Origin: an uncultured bacterium
GTDB taxonomy: Bacteria > Verrucomicrobiota > Kiritimatiellia > CAIKKV01 > CAITUY01
Direction: 5' to 3'
NCBI GenBank assembly: GCA_903958395.1
Contig: CAJBSZ010000008.1
Span: 2,394 to 66,393, forward strand
DNA: 64,000 bases
Of the stretch, positions 1 through 9,069 are shown piece after piece. Under the pieces are notes generated by a model. That model worked only from the letters and a program-made list of their open reading frames with translations, ran no database searches and had not been told where the DNA came from. Within the stretch, counting starts at the first letter, position 1, and the number at the start of each line of letters is the position of its first letter. The translations under genes and the position numbers were made by a program.

Positions 1-765
1 GGGGGGTGGAGCAGATTTTGTTTTTAACGGCGGGGTGGGATGATGTCGCACAAACCACCAGAGAATCAGTCCCGTCGTCATCAGGATCAGGCTGATTCCC
101 TGGGCCACATCGAGGGCGCCCAGGCGCATGCGGTCATCGCCCCGGATGAATTCCAGCAGGAACCGGATGATCGGGTAGGTCAGCAGATAAAGGGCCAGGA
201 CAGTGCCATTTCGGGCATTTCGACGATTCAGGTAGAACCAGGTCAGGAACACATAGAGGCCCAGATTGAAAAAAGCCTCATAGAGTTGAACCGGGTAATG
301 AGCCAGGCCGCAGGTCAGTCCCGACGGGTGTGGCGCGAGCGCGCCTCCGCAGCAGCCGTTGAGAAAACAGCCGACCCTGCCAAAGGCATGTCCGAGCGGA
401 AGGGCGGTGATGGTGAAGTCGGCGAGATCAAGGGGATTGATCCGCCGCCACCGGGCCACGATGAAAAACATGATCGCGCCCCCGATGAAGCCCCCGTAAT
501 AAATCAGGCCGCCCTGGTCAATCCGGATGATTTCCCCGGGGGCGGCGCGAAAATAATCAAAATTGGAAAGGACATAGGCAATGCGGGCGCCGATGATGCC
601 TCCGATCATGAGCCAGAAGGCCAGATCGCCGGCCAGGGAAACATCACGGCCGGTTCGTCGCCCCAGCCATTGCCAATGGGAAATTCCCGCCAGAAAGGCG
701 AGCGCCATCAGCACGCCGTACCAGTAAATGGGGTGGGATCCGATGTGGAAGCAGACGGGATTCAT
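1..765 (-). CDS. lgt: Prolipoprotein diacylglyceryl transferase (Lgt), C-terminally truncated by window edge
   Basis: Reverse-complement translation gives MNPVCFHIGSHPIYWYGVLMALAFLAG...GHAFGRVGCFLNGCCGG...HPVQLYEAFFNLGLYVFL..., which matches the Lgt signature regions (HP-QLYE, GCCYG-like). There is no stop before position 1. The + ORF 40..792 is its shadow. Confidence 0.8.
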   Translation of the reverse strand, partial: MNPVCFHIGSHPIYWYGVLMALAFLAGISHWQWLGRRTGRDVSLAGDLAFWLMIGGIIGARIAYVLSNFDYFRAAPGEIIRIDQGGLIYYGGFIGGAIMFFIVARWRRINPLDLADFTITALPLGHAFGRVGCFLNGCCGGALAPHPSGLTCGLAHYPVQLYEAFFNLGLYVFLTWFYLNRRNARNGTVLALYLLTYPIIRFLLEFIRGDDRMRLGALDVAQGISLILMTTGLILWWFVRHHPTPPLKTKSAPPP

Positions 766-794
766 AACGCTAAGAGACCTCAATTTCTATAGAC

Positions 795-3218
795 ATGAAG
801 CCTCATAATAGGCAGAATCGCCGCTCGAAAACAATAGGTTTACGGATAAATATGGAGACAGGACACAGCGACATTATCATGGATCCAATCCATGAGACCA
901 CCTGCTTGAAATGCCATCACCTGATGGATGTCTCCAGTCTTGCCGCGTTTGTTGAAATCGCCTGTCCCGAGTGCGGAACGACACAGCATGTTCCGGCGAA
1001 AATGGGGGCGTTCCTCCTGATTGACCTGTTGGGCAAAGGGGGGATGGGTGCCGTCTATCGCGGGCGGGACACCGGGCTCGATCGCTGGGTGGCGGTCAAG
1101 GTCATGCAATCTTCCTTCGGGGGAAATCCCGAATTCGTGGAAACGTTCCGGCGGGAAGCCCAGGCCGCGGCCGCGTTGAATCATCCCAATATCGTCCAGA
1201 TTTACTCATTCGGTGTGTCCCACGGGCAGCCCTACATGGTGATGGAGCTTTTGGAAGGGGGGCGGATGGATCAGATGATTGCCGGGGGCGAACTTCTGAA
1301 CGAAGCCCTGGTTCTCAAGATGGCACTGGATGTGGCGGAGGGATTGAATGCCGCAGCGGCCATCGGGCTGATTCACGGGGATGTCAAGCCGGAGAACATC
1401 CTGCTGGACAACAACGGGATTGCCAAGGTGGTGGATTTTGGTTTGGCGCGGTTCAAGGAAAGCAGTGAGGGCGGAACCGCGAAGGGAATCTGGGGCACGC
1501 CCTATTATATCGCGCCCGAAAAACTCAGGGGGCATGTGTCGGATGCCCGCTCCGACATTTACAGTTTGGGCGGAACCTTGTTTCATGCCCTGACCCTGCA
1601 GCCTCCGTTTGACGGGGCAACCCCGATGGATGTGGTCAAGGCGCGGCTTAAGGGGCCCGCTCCGCGCTTGAGTTCATTGCGGCCGTTTGTCAATCCCGAG
1701 CTTGAGGCTCTGGTCGGGCGTATGCTGGAGGCCGATCCCCTGAGGCGCTATCCGAATTATGCGTCCGTCGTGGCGGATATGAGAAGGATTCTTCCCTCCT
1801 TGAAGCCGCCGCCGGCGGAATCACACGGGCAGTTGTCGAAAAAAGGCGGAAAAATTATTTTAACCAGGAAGAAAGGGGCGGCTCTTGTCAGTGCCCCCTC
1901 GGCTTCGTCAGGCGGGGTGGAGGTGGCGATCCCTTCGACTAGTTCGGTTGAGGAGGATGCGGTTAGGCCCCCGCGCTCATTCCGCAAGGCGAAAATCGCC
2001 GTGGGAGTGGTCCTGGGGCTCCTGATTTTGGCGGGGGTGATCGGCGGCTGTGTGGCCAGTCAGAAAAAACGCACGGCCGAAGAGAAGGAAAAGGCGCTGG
2101 CGGCCCAATATCGGAAAAAAGCCAGCCAGATTCTGGCCGACCTGCAAGGGGTTTCTGGGGAGGTCTCGAACTACACCGTCCGGGCCGGCGGGTGGGTTTC
2201 CAACGCCACGGCGGTGGTGACGCTAATAATGGCGGGGACCGAGATTCCTTCGGATCCGGACAGAACCAATGCGCTGGCGGATCTGGAACTGGTGCAGCGG
2301 TATGCCACCGGAACACTGGCTTCCGTAACCGCAGAACTGAAAGGGATGTCCACACTGGTGGAGTCCAACCGGACCACGATGCTGTCCCTTTCGAATTCAG
2401 TGGCTGTGCATGAGAAGTTGATGCTGTTGACGAATGTTCCGGCACGATGTTCCGAACTGGTTCAATCCATTTCAGAGGGAACTGACAGGGCCCGGAAAGC
2501 GGTGGACCGGTTCGATATCCTGAAAAAGAAGCTTGATCGTGATAGGGTCGCGAATCAGGCGGCTGCGGAGCGGGCTGCCCTTGAGAAAGCGGAGGCGGAT
2601 AAGGTCGAGGCTGAACGGCGTGCGAAGGAACAGGCGGAGGCTGAAAAAAAGGCAGGAATCCAGGCTGAGCTCGACCTGATTGACGCCACCCGGAAGGAAA
2701 GCGGATCCCTGATCCAGCAGCATCTGTTCAGGGAGGCGCAAGTCAAGATCGAACAGTGCGTGAAGGGCCTGAAGACGGATGAGGGTAAGGCCGCCGGCAA
2801 GCAGGCGGTCAAGGCGTACCAGTTTTTGGCCGAGCTCAAAACGCTGATCATTGAGAGCGTCAAGGCTGATGTGGCGAGCAATCCCGGCAGTGGGTATGCC
2901 TTTGGCTGGCTGGGCGCCAAGGATATTCTGGGAGCAGACGCCGAGAAGATCATCATCCGGGGCGGGCAGGTTTCCTGGATCACGCTGCCCCCCGCGCAGA
3001 TGATGCGTTTTGTGCAGCGGTATGTTGAGAACGGGGATCTGACCAAACGCGAAAAGGGCCAGTACTATTTTGCCGTCGCCTTGTATATTTATGAGGCGAC
3101 CGGACGAAATGAGAAGCATTATGCCCAGGCGGCCAAGTACCTGAATGAGGCGGTTCGATTCCATTCCAGTATTGAAGACCTCGCCAAGTCAGTCCTGCCG
3201 GGCCTGGAATTAAAATAA
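795..3218 (+). CDS. Membrane Ser/Thr protein kinase with N-terminal zinc ribbon, one TM helix and coiled-coil extracytoplasmic C-terminal domain
   Basis: CxxC-x17-CxxC ribbon (CLKCHH...CPECG). Kinase motifs GKGGMGAVYRG, VAVKVM, HGDVKPENILLD, DFGLAR, GTPYYIAPE. TM segment IAVGVVLGLLILAGVIGGCVA. K/E-rich coiled coil. The start may instead be METGHSD at about 852. Confidence 0.85.
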   Translation: MKPHNRQNRRSKTIGLRINMETGHSDIIMDPIHETTCLKCHHLMDVSSLAAFVEIACPECGTTQHVPAKMGAFLLIDLLGKGGMGAVYRGRDTGLDRWVAVKVMQSSFGGNPEFVETFRREAQAAAALNHPNIVQIYSFGVSHGQPYMVMELLEGGRMDQMIAGGELLNEALVLKMALDVAEGLNAAAAIGLIHGDVKPENILLDNNGIAKVVDFGLARFKESSEGGTAKGIWGTPYYIAPEKLRGHVSDARSDIYSLGGTLFHALTLQPPFDGATPMDVVKARLKGPAPRLSSLRPFVNPELEALVGRMLEADPLRRYPNYASVVADMRRILPSLKPPPAESHGQLSKKGGKIILTRKKGAALVSAPSASSGGVEVAIPSTSSVEEDAVRPPRSFRKAKIAVGVVLGLLILAGVIGGCVASQKKRTAEEKEKALAAQYRKKASQILADLQGVSGEVSNYTVRAGGWVSNATAVVTLIMAGTEIPSDPDRTNALADLELVQRYATGTLASVTAELKGMSTLVESNRTTMLSLSNSVAVHEKLMLLTNVPARCSELVQSISEGTDRARKAVDRFDILKKKLDRDRVANQAAAERAALEKAEADKVEAERRAKEQAEAEKKAGIQAELDLIDATRKESGSLIQQHLFREAQVKIEQCVKGLKTDEGKAAGKQAVKAYQFLAELKTLIIESVKADVASNPGSGYAFGWLGAKDILGADAEKIIIRGGQVSWITLPPAQMMRFVQRYVENGDLTKREKGQYYFAVALYIYEATGRNEKHYAQAAKYLNEAVRFHSSIEDLAKSVLPGLELK

Positions 3219-3232
3219 GAGGAGGCCGACGG

Positions 3233-4531
3233 ATGAACGGGGTGAAGTTGAACAGTCTGAATGTGGCGGAGCGGTTGGCGGCGGTACGGGAACTGGGCGA
3301 ATCGGTGAAGCAGGGTGTGACGCCCACGGATGAAGTCAACAACCACGTCCACACCATCTATTCCTTCAGTCCCTATACTCCCGTCATGGCAGCGGTGAAG
3401 GCGGCCCAGGCTGGCCTTCAGGCGGTGGGAATCATGGATCATGACTCGGTTTCCGGCTGCTCCGAGATGCTTGAGGCCTGCAAGGCCATCAACATCGCCT
3501 CCACCGCCGGGTTTGAAATGCGGGTGGACATGACCGGCACGGCCGTTGAGGGGCGGAAGACCAATAACCCTGACACCCTGAACAACAGCTATATGGCCGT
3601 CCATGGCATTCCCGCCACACAGTTTGGCGCGGCCAGGGAGTTTCTGCGACCGATGAACGCGGCGCGCATCGAGCGTGATCGCCTGCAGGTGGACCGTCTG
3701 AACGACATCCTCGGTGAAGTCGGGATGGCGCCATTGGAGTTTGATCGGGATGTGGCGGCCCTTTCACAGGCGGCGGCGGGCGGCTCCATTACGGAACGTC
3801 ATATTCTCTACGCGCTGTCGTTGAAGTTGATCGAGGCGCATGGCGAGGGAATGGCCCTGATCCGGTTTGTCAGGGAGAAACTGGATACCGAAGTCCCGGC
3901 TAAATTGGAGGCCCTCCTTCTGGACCCTGCCAATACCCACTACGCCTATGATCTCCTGGGCTTGTTCAAGGCCTCGCTGGTTCCCCGGATGTTCGTCCAG
4001 CCCGGCAGCCGGGAATGCATTCCAATCGGCAAGGCGGTTCAATTTGCCAATGATATTGGGGCCATTCCCGCCTACGCCTACCTGGGAGATGTCGGCGAAT
4101 CCCCGACGGGCGACAAGAAGGCGGAGAAATTTGAGGATGATTATCTGGATGTGCTGGTGCCTGAATTGAAGCGGATCGGTTTCAAGGCCATCACCTATAT
4201 GCCGCCCCGGAACACTCTGGCTCAATTGCTCCGGCTCCAGGCGCTCTGCGCGAAAAATGAACTGATGGAAATCAGCGGGGTGGATATCAACAGTTCGCGC
4301 CAGACATTCAGTTGTCCCGTCATTATGACGCCTCCGTTCCGGCACTTGACCGAATCGACCTGGGCGTTGATTGCCCATGAGAAGCTGGCGACGGTCAATC
4401 CCGACCTGTCGCTCTTCAGTTCCAGCAACCCGATGAAAGCCTTGTCCCTTGCCGGGCGGCTTACCCGGTATGCTGCCGTGGGCCGGAAGATCGATAACCG
4501 ACATCCCGAACGTGTGACAGACCAGATTTAA
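3233..4531 (+). CDS. PHP-domain metal-dependent phosphoesterase (432 aa) with C-terminal extension
   Basis: Strong RBS aagaggagg. PHP motifs NNHVHTIYS and GIMDHDSVSG (HxH...DHD). Sits 15 nt after the kinase stop. Confidence 0.7.
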   Translation: MNGVKLNSLNVAERLAAVRELGESVKQGVTPTDEVNNHVHTIYSFSPYTPVMAAVKAAQAGLQAVGIMDHDSVSGCSEMLEACKAINIASTAGFEMRVDMTGTAVEGRKTNNPDTLNNSYMAVHGIPATQFGAAREFLRPMNAARIERDRLQVDRLNDILGEVGMAPLEFDRDVAALSQAAAGGSITERHILYALSLKLIEAHGEGMALIRFVREKLDTEVPAKLEALLLDPANTHYAYDLLGLFKASLVPRMFVQPGSRECIPIGKAVQFANDIGAIPAYAYLGDVGESPTGDKKAEKFEDDYLDVLVPELKRIGFKAITYMPPRNTLAQLLRLQALCAKNELMEISGVDINSSRQTFSCPVIMTPPFRHLTESTWALIAHEKLATVNPDLSLFSSSNPMKALSLAGRLTRYAAVGRKIDNRHPERVTDQI

Positions 4532-4566
4532 TGAGAAAGAGTGGCGCAGGGCGGGCGTTTTTTGCT

Positions 4567-4594
4567 TTGACCTTAAAGCGTCTCTCTCTATACT
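4567..4594 (+). promoter_or_regulatory. Candidate sigma70-like promoter (TTGACC-N16-TATACT) for the 4651 gene
   Basis: TTGACC at about 4567-4572 and TATACT at about 4589-4594. This leaves a 5' UTR of about 50 nt with a GGAG RBS before the ATG at 4651. Confidence 0.35.
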
Positions 4595-4650
4595 GACATG
4601 ATTCTGGTGTTGGTTTGTTTGTTCCGGCTGACTTTGCATAGGAGTGTCTT

Positions 4651-5292
4651 ATGAAAACCGATTGCATGGCTTGGAAAACGTTGGTTTGTTTGGGGGTGGC
4701 TTGGGTGATGGGCGCTAACCCTGCGCTGGCTCAGGCGATTTCCAGCAGGGGAACGCCTGTCAATGCCGGCAAGTCCGCCCTGGGCGTGGGCGGGGTTATT
4801 CGGTTGAAACAGTTGACGGGCATCGGCCCCCGAAGCGTTCTGAAAAGCCCTGATTCCTCAGGCAATCAACGGGGAGATATACGGGAGTGGGTTGAGCTTG
4901 GGCTCCAATTTGATACCGAACCGGAGTGGCTTGACGAAGTTGTATTTAATTTTTTCGCTCTGTTGAGGAGTCGTGAAACGACCAAGTTCACCCTGCTTAA
5001 AGGGACCGTTACCTATATCGATGTGGCACGCGGCCGGGGTCGTAAGGGGGGCGCTTATATCCGTCCGGCAGCCTTGGCCCGGTTTGGTGATGTGATGGGT
5101 GTGGCCGTGGAGGCCGTGATCAAGGGGGAAGTCGTTGGCTCGCTTTACGAGGGGAAGCTCGGCCCCGGCAAGCCGCTACCCGTGGACTGGTGGAAAAAAC
5201 CAGAGTTGGTTCCCCGGGAAGGGTATGTTATGGACCGGTCGAAAACCCCGTTTGCCCTCATCAACTTTGATGAGTATGAGGCTTTGAAATAG
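4651..5292 (+). CDS. Secreted hypothetical protein (signal peptide MKTDCMAWKTLVCLGVAWVMGANPALAQA)
   Basis: RBS ggag. N-terminal signal peptide with AXA cleavage motif. No recognisable domain. First gene of the pilus-cluster transcription unit. Confidence 0.5.
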   Translation: MKTDCMAWKTLVCLGVAWVMGANPALAQAISSRGTPVNAGKSALGVGGVIRLKQLTGIGPRSVLKSPDSSGNQRGDIREWVELGLQFDTEPEWLDEVVFNFFALLRSRETTKFTLLKGTVTYIDVARGRGRKGGAYIRPAALARFGDVMGVAVEAVIKGEVVGSLYEGKLGPGKPLPVDWWKKPELVPREGYVMDRSKTPFALINFDEYEALK

Positions 5293-5298
5293 GACGCT

Positions 5299-7023
5299 AT
5301 GTTTGGATCAGATCGAATTTTGGCGTTGGACATCGGGAACAGCAAGATTGTACTCGCTGAATTCCGGATCATTGAGGCGACGAGCCTTGAGCTGGTGAAT
5401 TATTCCGTGTCTCCCCTGGGGTTTGACCCCGAGACGACCCTGGATCCATCTGCGTACATCGTTTCGGGGATCCGGGATGCGATGCGGAGCAGTGGTATCC
5501 GGCCGGGTGTCGTGGCCGTTTCGATGTCGGGTCAGTTGGTTTTTCCGCGATATGTCAAGTTGCCTCCGGTTACAGCCGACAAAATCTCGCAGATTGTCAA
5601 ATATGAGGCGCAGCAGAATGTGCCTTTCCCGATGGATGAGGTGGTGTGGGACTACCAGTTGGTGGGGCAGGAGACGGGGGAGCTGAGTGTTCTGCTTGTG
5701 GTGGTCAAGGGCGATCTGGTTAAAAACCTGACCGATTGCGTTGAGGCGGCCGGACTGGATCCGATCCTCGTGGATGTTTCGCCCCTGGCTCTTTACAATG
5801 CCGTGCGTTACAACTATTCCGACCTGCCGGGATGCACCATGATCCTGGATATGGGTGCCCGTTCCACGAATGTGGTGTTTGTCGAAGGCACGAAGATCTT
5901 CAGTCGCAGTATCCCGGTGGCGGGAACGATGATCACCAAGGATGTGATGAAGGAGTTTGAACTTTCCTTCGAAGAGGCCGAACAGCTCAAGGTGGCTCAC
6001 GCGTTTGTGGGGTTTGGTGGCGTGTATGAGGGGCATGAGGTGGGCGTGGCGGATCGCACTTCCAAGATTGTCCGGAATATCATGACCCGCCTGCATGCCG
6101 AGGTGATCCGCACCATCAATTTTTACCGCAGCCAGCAGGGCGGAAGCCAGCCGGGCATGGTGTTGTTGACCGGGGGATGTTCCGTGATCCCGCATGTCAA
6201 CACGTTCCTGAAGGATAAGCTGAAGACCGAGGTTGATTTCCTGAACCCGTTCCGCAATGTGGCGGTCAGTTCCTTGATTGAGTCCGACAAGGTGGCAGCG
6301 AACCTTCATCTGCTCGGCGAAGTGGTGGGGTTGGCGCTGCGGCGTACGCTGTCCTGCCCTGTGGAAATCAATCTGATGCCGCCCGAGCTGGCGGCCCGAA
6401 AGGTGTTGCAGCGTCGTCTTCCGTTCTTTGGCCTGGCGGCTGCGGGACTGGTCTTGACGGTACTCGTGTTTGGGCTGTTCCTGCACCGGATGTCCACCCT
6501 GGCTGAAAAACGGCGGGATATGGTTCAGGGAAAGCTGGCCGCTCTTGAGTCGCCCAATGTCAAACTGGGTGAATTTTCCAAGCAAAAGGAACAGTTGTAC
6601 GCCAAGGCAGCGGACTTGAGTGGGCTGATTTTTTCGCGCACCCGCTGGGTGGTTATGGTGAATGACCTGCACCAACGGCTGGCGCCGGGGATGTGGTTGA
6701 CCAGTGTCAGGCTGATGATCCCCAAGGATGTGAAATCGACGGCGATACGGCTTGAAGTCAGGGGTATGGCGTTTAGTGACAAGGTGAGTAATCAGGCTAT
6801 CACCGAGTATGTGGCGAGCCTGAAGTCCGTCGGATATTTTTCAGATGACCTTCAGATCAAGCGGATCAAGCCCGTGGAAGGGACGGATTTCGCCACGGAA
6901 TTCACGGTTGAAATCGGACTGAATGCAAAGCCGAGTGAACGGACGATCCCTCCGTCGGTCAAGGCGGTTGAGCCGTTGGTTCCCCCCGTCCAAAACGAGA
7001 AGCCCGGCAAGGGGGAGGCATAA
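5299..7023 (+). CDS. pilM: Type IV pilus assembly PilM (actin-like ATPase) fused to PilN-like TM/coiled-coil domain
   Basis: N-terminus ILALDIGNSKIVLAEF... is a PilM/FtsA-like sugar-kinase fold. After about 350 aa comes an INLMPPELAARK motif (PilN INLLP box), then a TM helix LPFFGLAAAGLVLTVLVFGLFL and a periplasmic domain. Confidence 0.75.
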   Translation: MFGSDRILALDIGNSKIVLAEFRIIEATSLELVNYSVSPLGFDPETTLDPSAYIVSGIRDAMRSSGIRPGVVAVSMSGQLVFPRYVKLPPVTADKISQIVKYEAQQNVPFPMDEVVWDYQLVGQETGELSVLLVVVKGDLVKNLTDCVEAAGLDPILVDVSPLALYNAVRYNYSDLPGCTMILDMGARSTNVVFVEGTKIFSRSIPVAGTMITKDVMKEFELSFEEAEQLKVAHAFVGFGGVYEGHEVGVADRTSKIVRNIMTRLHAEVIRTINFYRSQQGGSQPGMVLLTGGCSVIPHVNTFLKDKLKTEVDFLNPFRNVAVSSLIESDKVAANLHLLGEVVGLALRRTLSCPVEINLMPPELAARKVLQRRLPFFGLAAAGLVLTVLVFGLFLHRMSTLAEKRRDMVQGKLAALESPNVKLGEFSKQKEQLYAKAADLSGLIFSRTRWVVMVNDLHQRLAPGMWLTSVRLMIPKDVKSTAIRLEVRGMAFSDKVSNQAITEYVASLKSVGYFSDDLQIKRIKPVEGTDFATEFTVEIGLNAKPSERTIPPSVKAVEPLVPPVQNEKPGKGEA

Positions 7024-7026
7024 CCT

Positions 7027-8004
7027 ATGCAATCTCGGCGAAAAATGATTGTGATTGCGCTGGCGGTGATGTTGAGTCTTTTCTTCCTTGGAGCCGTGGC
7101 ATTGGTAGTTTTGAAATTCATTCATTTTACGGATGCTGAGACGGTATTAAAGGGGGACAAGGCTCGTCTGGAATTCCTGTATGGCCAGAATCCCTTTCCG
7201 TCGGCGGCCAACCTGCACGTGGAACGGGAGAATATCCAGACTATTAAGCAGGAGGTTTCGGATCTTCAGGCGGCGATGGGCGCGGGGCAGATTGAGCCTG
7301 TGGTGCAGAGTCCGGCTCGTTTCATCACGCAATTCTTTGATACGCAGCGTAATTTGCTAGCCAAGGCATCTGCTGCGGGCATTGCCGTTCCCAAGACGTT
7401 TGACTTCGGGTTTGGGCGCCATATGAAGGGCGATCTTCCCGCGCCCCAGGATGTGCCGCGACTGACCCAGCAACTCAAGATTGTCGAGGCGCTCTGTCAG
7501 GCCCTGTATGCCGGAAATATTGCCTCGCTGGATGCCCTTTCGAGACAGGAGTTTGAGGTGGATGCCCTGACGGGCGCCGGGGGCAAGGCCGTGCCTGCCG
7601 CACGCGCGGGGGAGATTGACTTAAAGAACAGCGTAGATGCCGGGGCGGGGCATGTGCCCGAGGGGCAGCTTTACGGCCGATGGCGTTTTTCCGTTCAGTT
7701 CAAGGTGCGTGAAAGCGGCCTGATAAAGATTCTCAACGGACTGGCTAATAGTTCGATCTTCACGGTGGTGACCCGCCTGGAGATCAAGGGTGATGAAAAA
7801 GTGTTTGAGCGCAAGGATGGCGCAGGGGCTGCAGTGAAGGAGACGGCTGTCGGCGAGGCTGAAAAGGAAGCCCCGAAAACGAGGGACTACCGGGTGGTTT
7901 GCGGGCGTGAAAACATGTTGACCATTAAAATGGATGTGGACGTGCTTCAGTTCGCAAAGCCCCAGTCCGCAGCGTCCGAGAAGCAGCCGGGAGGAGTCAA
8001 ATAA
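7027..8004 (+). CDS. PilO-position pilus-associated protein, Amuc_1100-family-like (TM anchor plus coiled coil plus C-terminal globular domain)
   Basis: N-terminal TM helix IVIALAVMLSLFFLGAVALVV. Segments RFSVQFKVRESGLIKILNGLANSSIFTVVTRLEIKGDE and MLTIKMDVDVLQFAKPQ resemble the remembered Amuc_1100 segments IAFQGDRESVLKAMNAITGMQDYLFTVNSIRIRNE and QVFVQVSLNLVHFNQPK. The position between pilMN and the secretin fits. Confidence 0.6.
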   Translation: MQSRRKMIVIALAVMLSLFFLGAVALVVLKFIHFTDAETVLKGDKARLEFLYGQNPFPSAANLHVERENIQTIKQEVSDLQAAMGAGQIEPVVQSPARFITQFFDTQRNLLAKASAAGIAVPKTFDFGFGRHMKGDLPAPQDVPRLTQQLKIVEALCQALYAGNIASLDALSRQEFEVDALTGAGGKAVPAARAGEIDLKNSVDAGAGHVPEGQLYGRWRFSVQFKVRESGLIKILNGLANSSIFTVVTRLEIKGDEKVFERKDGAGAAVKETAVGEAEKEAPKTRDYRVVCGRENMLTIKMDVDVLQFAKPQSAASEKQPGGVK

Positions 8005-9017
8005 TGGTGACCGGCATTGGAGCTTGGTTTAAAAAGAACTACGACCGGATCATCGCGGCCGCGGTTTTGCTCGTCCTTCTGGTCTCGTTAATTGTTCTTG
8101 CTGTCATGGCCCAGGGGCAGAAAACGGCTGAGAAAAATTTCGACAGGGAGTTGGAGGCGTTGAAGCCCGCCTTTGAAAAGGCGCTGCCGCCCGATCGCAC
8201 GATTTTTCGTAGTGCCCTGACGGCGCTGGGTGCACCCTTCCAAAATGAGTCCTGGCCCCTGTCGCTGTTGACCCCGGAGCTTCGTGTTAAGTGCGTGAAC
8301 TGTGACCGGCCGATCCCCTATGCCGCGACCAACTGCACATTTATTGTGTGTGGAGGGGCACAGCCGGTCGATAAAACAGAAATCGTTGACCGGAACCATA
8401 ACGGTATTCCGGATGAATGGGAGGAAAAGCATGGGGTCTTTGCCTTCGACGGGGAGGTCGTCAATACGGATCCCGACAACGATGGATTTACCACGCGTGA
8501 GGAATATGAGTGGAAGACGGATCCCAAGGATGTTGAAAACCATCCTCCCTATCTCGCCAAGATCCGGGTTGCCGAGATCAAGCCTATTCCGTTCCGGATG
8601 ATCTTCAAGGGCGTCAGCAAGGCCGGCACAAACTTGATTTTTCAGATCAACCTCCGCTCGGGTGGCCGAACCTATTGGAAAAAGCTCGGAGAGAAAGCGG
8701 AGGGGGTCACGCTCGATTCCTATGACGAGCATGCGCAGGAGGGCGCCACGCTCACCTTGGGGCACAATGGTAAAAAGATTCCGCTGATCAAGGGGCGGCT
8801 GGTCCCCCGTGATGATTATGAGATCAAGCTGATTTCCCTCATTGATGAGGCGGTTTTCGCGGTCCGCCCGGATGTCGATTTTGATTTGAAGGGCTCCAGC
8901 TACAAGGTCAAAAAAGTTGACACACAAGGGATCCGTGTACTAATACACGACCCTTCCCGTAATCTTGATGTGTGGATTGAGCGCAAAATGTCTGACCCGC
9001 AACCCGTGAAGCAATAG
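8004..9017 (+). CDS. PilP-position membrane-anchored periplasmic protein with Cys cluster and two EF-hand-like Ca-binding loops
   Basis: N-terminal TM helix. CVNCDRPIPYAATNCTFIVCGG. DRNHNGIPDEWE and DPDNDGFTTREE both fit the D-x-[DN]-x-[DN]-G-x5-E pattern. Its start overlaps the upstream gene's stop (ATAATG). Confidence 0.5.
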   Translation: MVTGIGAWFKKNYDRIIAAAVLLVLLVSLIVLAVMAQGQKTAEKNFDRELEALKPAFEKALPPDRTIFRSALTALGAPFQNESWPLSLLTPELRVKCVNCDRPIPYAATNCTFIVCGGAQPVDKTEIVDRNHNGIPDEWEEKHGVFAFDGEVVNTDPDNDGFTTREEYEWKTDPKDVENHPPYLAKIRVAEIKPIPFRMIFKGVSKAGTNLIFQINLRSGGRTYWKKLGEKAEGVTLDSYDEHAQEGATLTLGHNGKKIPLIKGRLVPRDDYEIKLISLIDEAVFAVRPDVDFDLKGSSYKVKKVDTQGIRVLIHDPSRNLDVWIERKMSDPQPVKQ

Positions 9018-9069
9018 GAGTTCAGGGCGATTCAGTCTTTTTTTGTATTGGATATAAGGAGATAACTCT

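Noticed and set aside
40-792. 250-aa + strand ORF at the window start
   Set aside because: It is the antisense shadow of lgt. The reverse strand gives a clean Lgt sequence (HPVQLYE, GCCGG). The + product is low-complexity and matches nothing.
795-851. Alternative downstream start (METGHSD, about 852) for the kinase
   Set aside because: Neither ATG has a clear SD. I kept the longest ORF but flagged the uncertainty.
4532-4566. GC-rich segment plus TTTTTT after the PHP gene considered as a terminator
   Set aside because: The GC-rich stretch (ggcgcagggcgggcg) is not self-complementary, so there is no convincing stem. It is noted only as a possible weak terminator.
5308-6675. 455-aa - strand ORF inside pilMN, and similar long antisense ORFs (10246..11319, 17292..18701, 29341..30177, 33639..35285, 13663..14484)
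   Set aside because: They are high-GC shadow ORFs. Each lies opposite a gene with strong family motifs. Their translations are Arg/Pro/Gly-rich without motifs.
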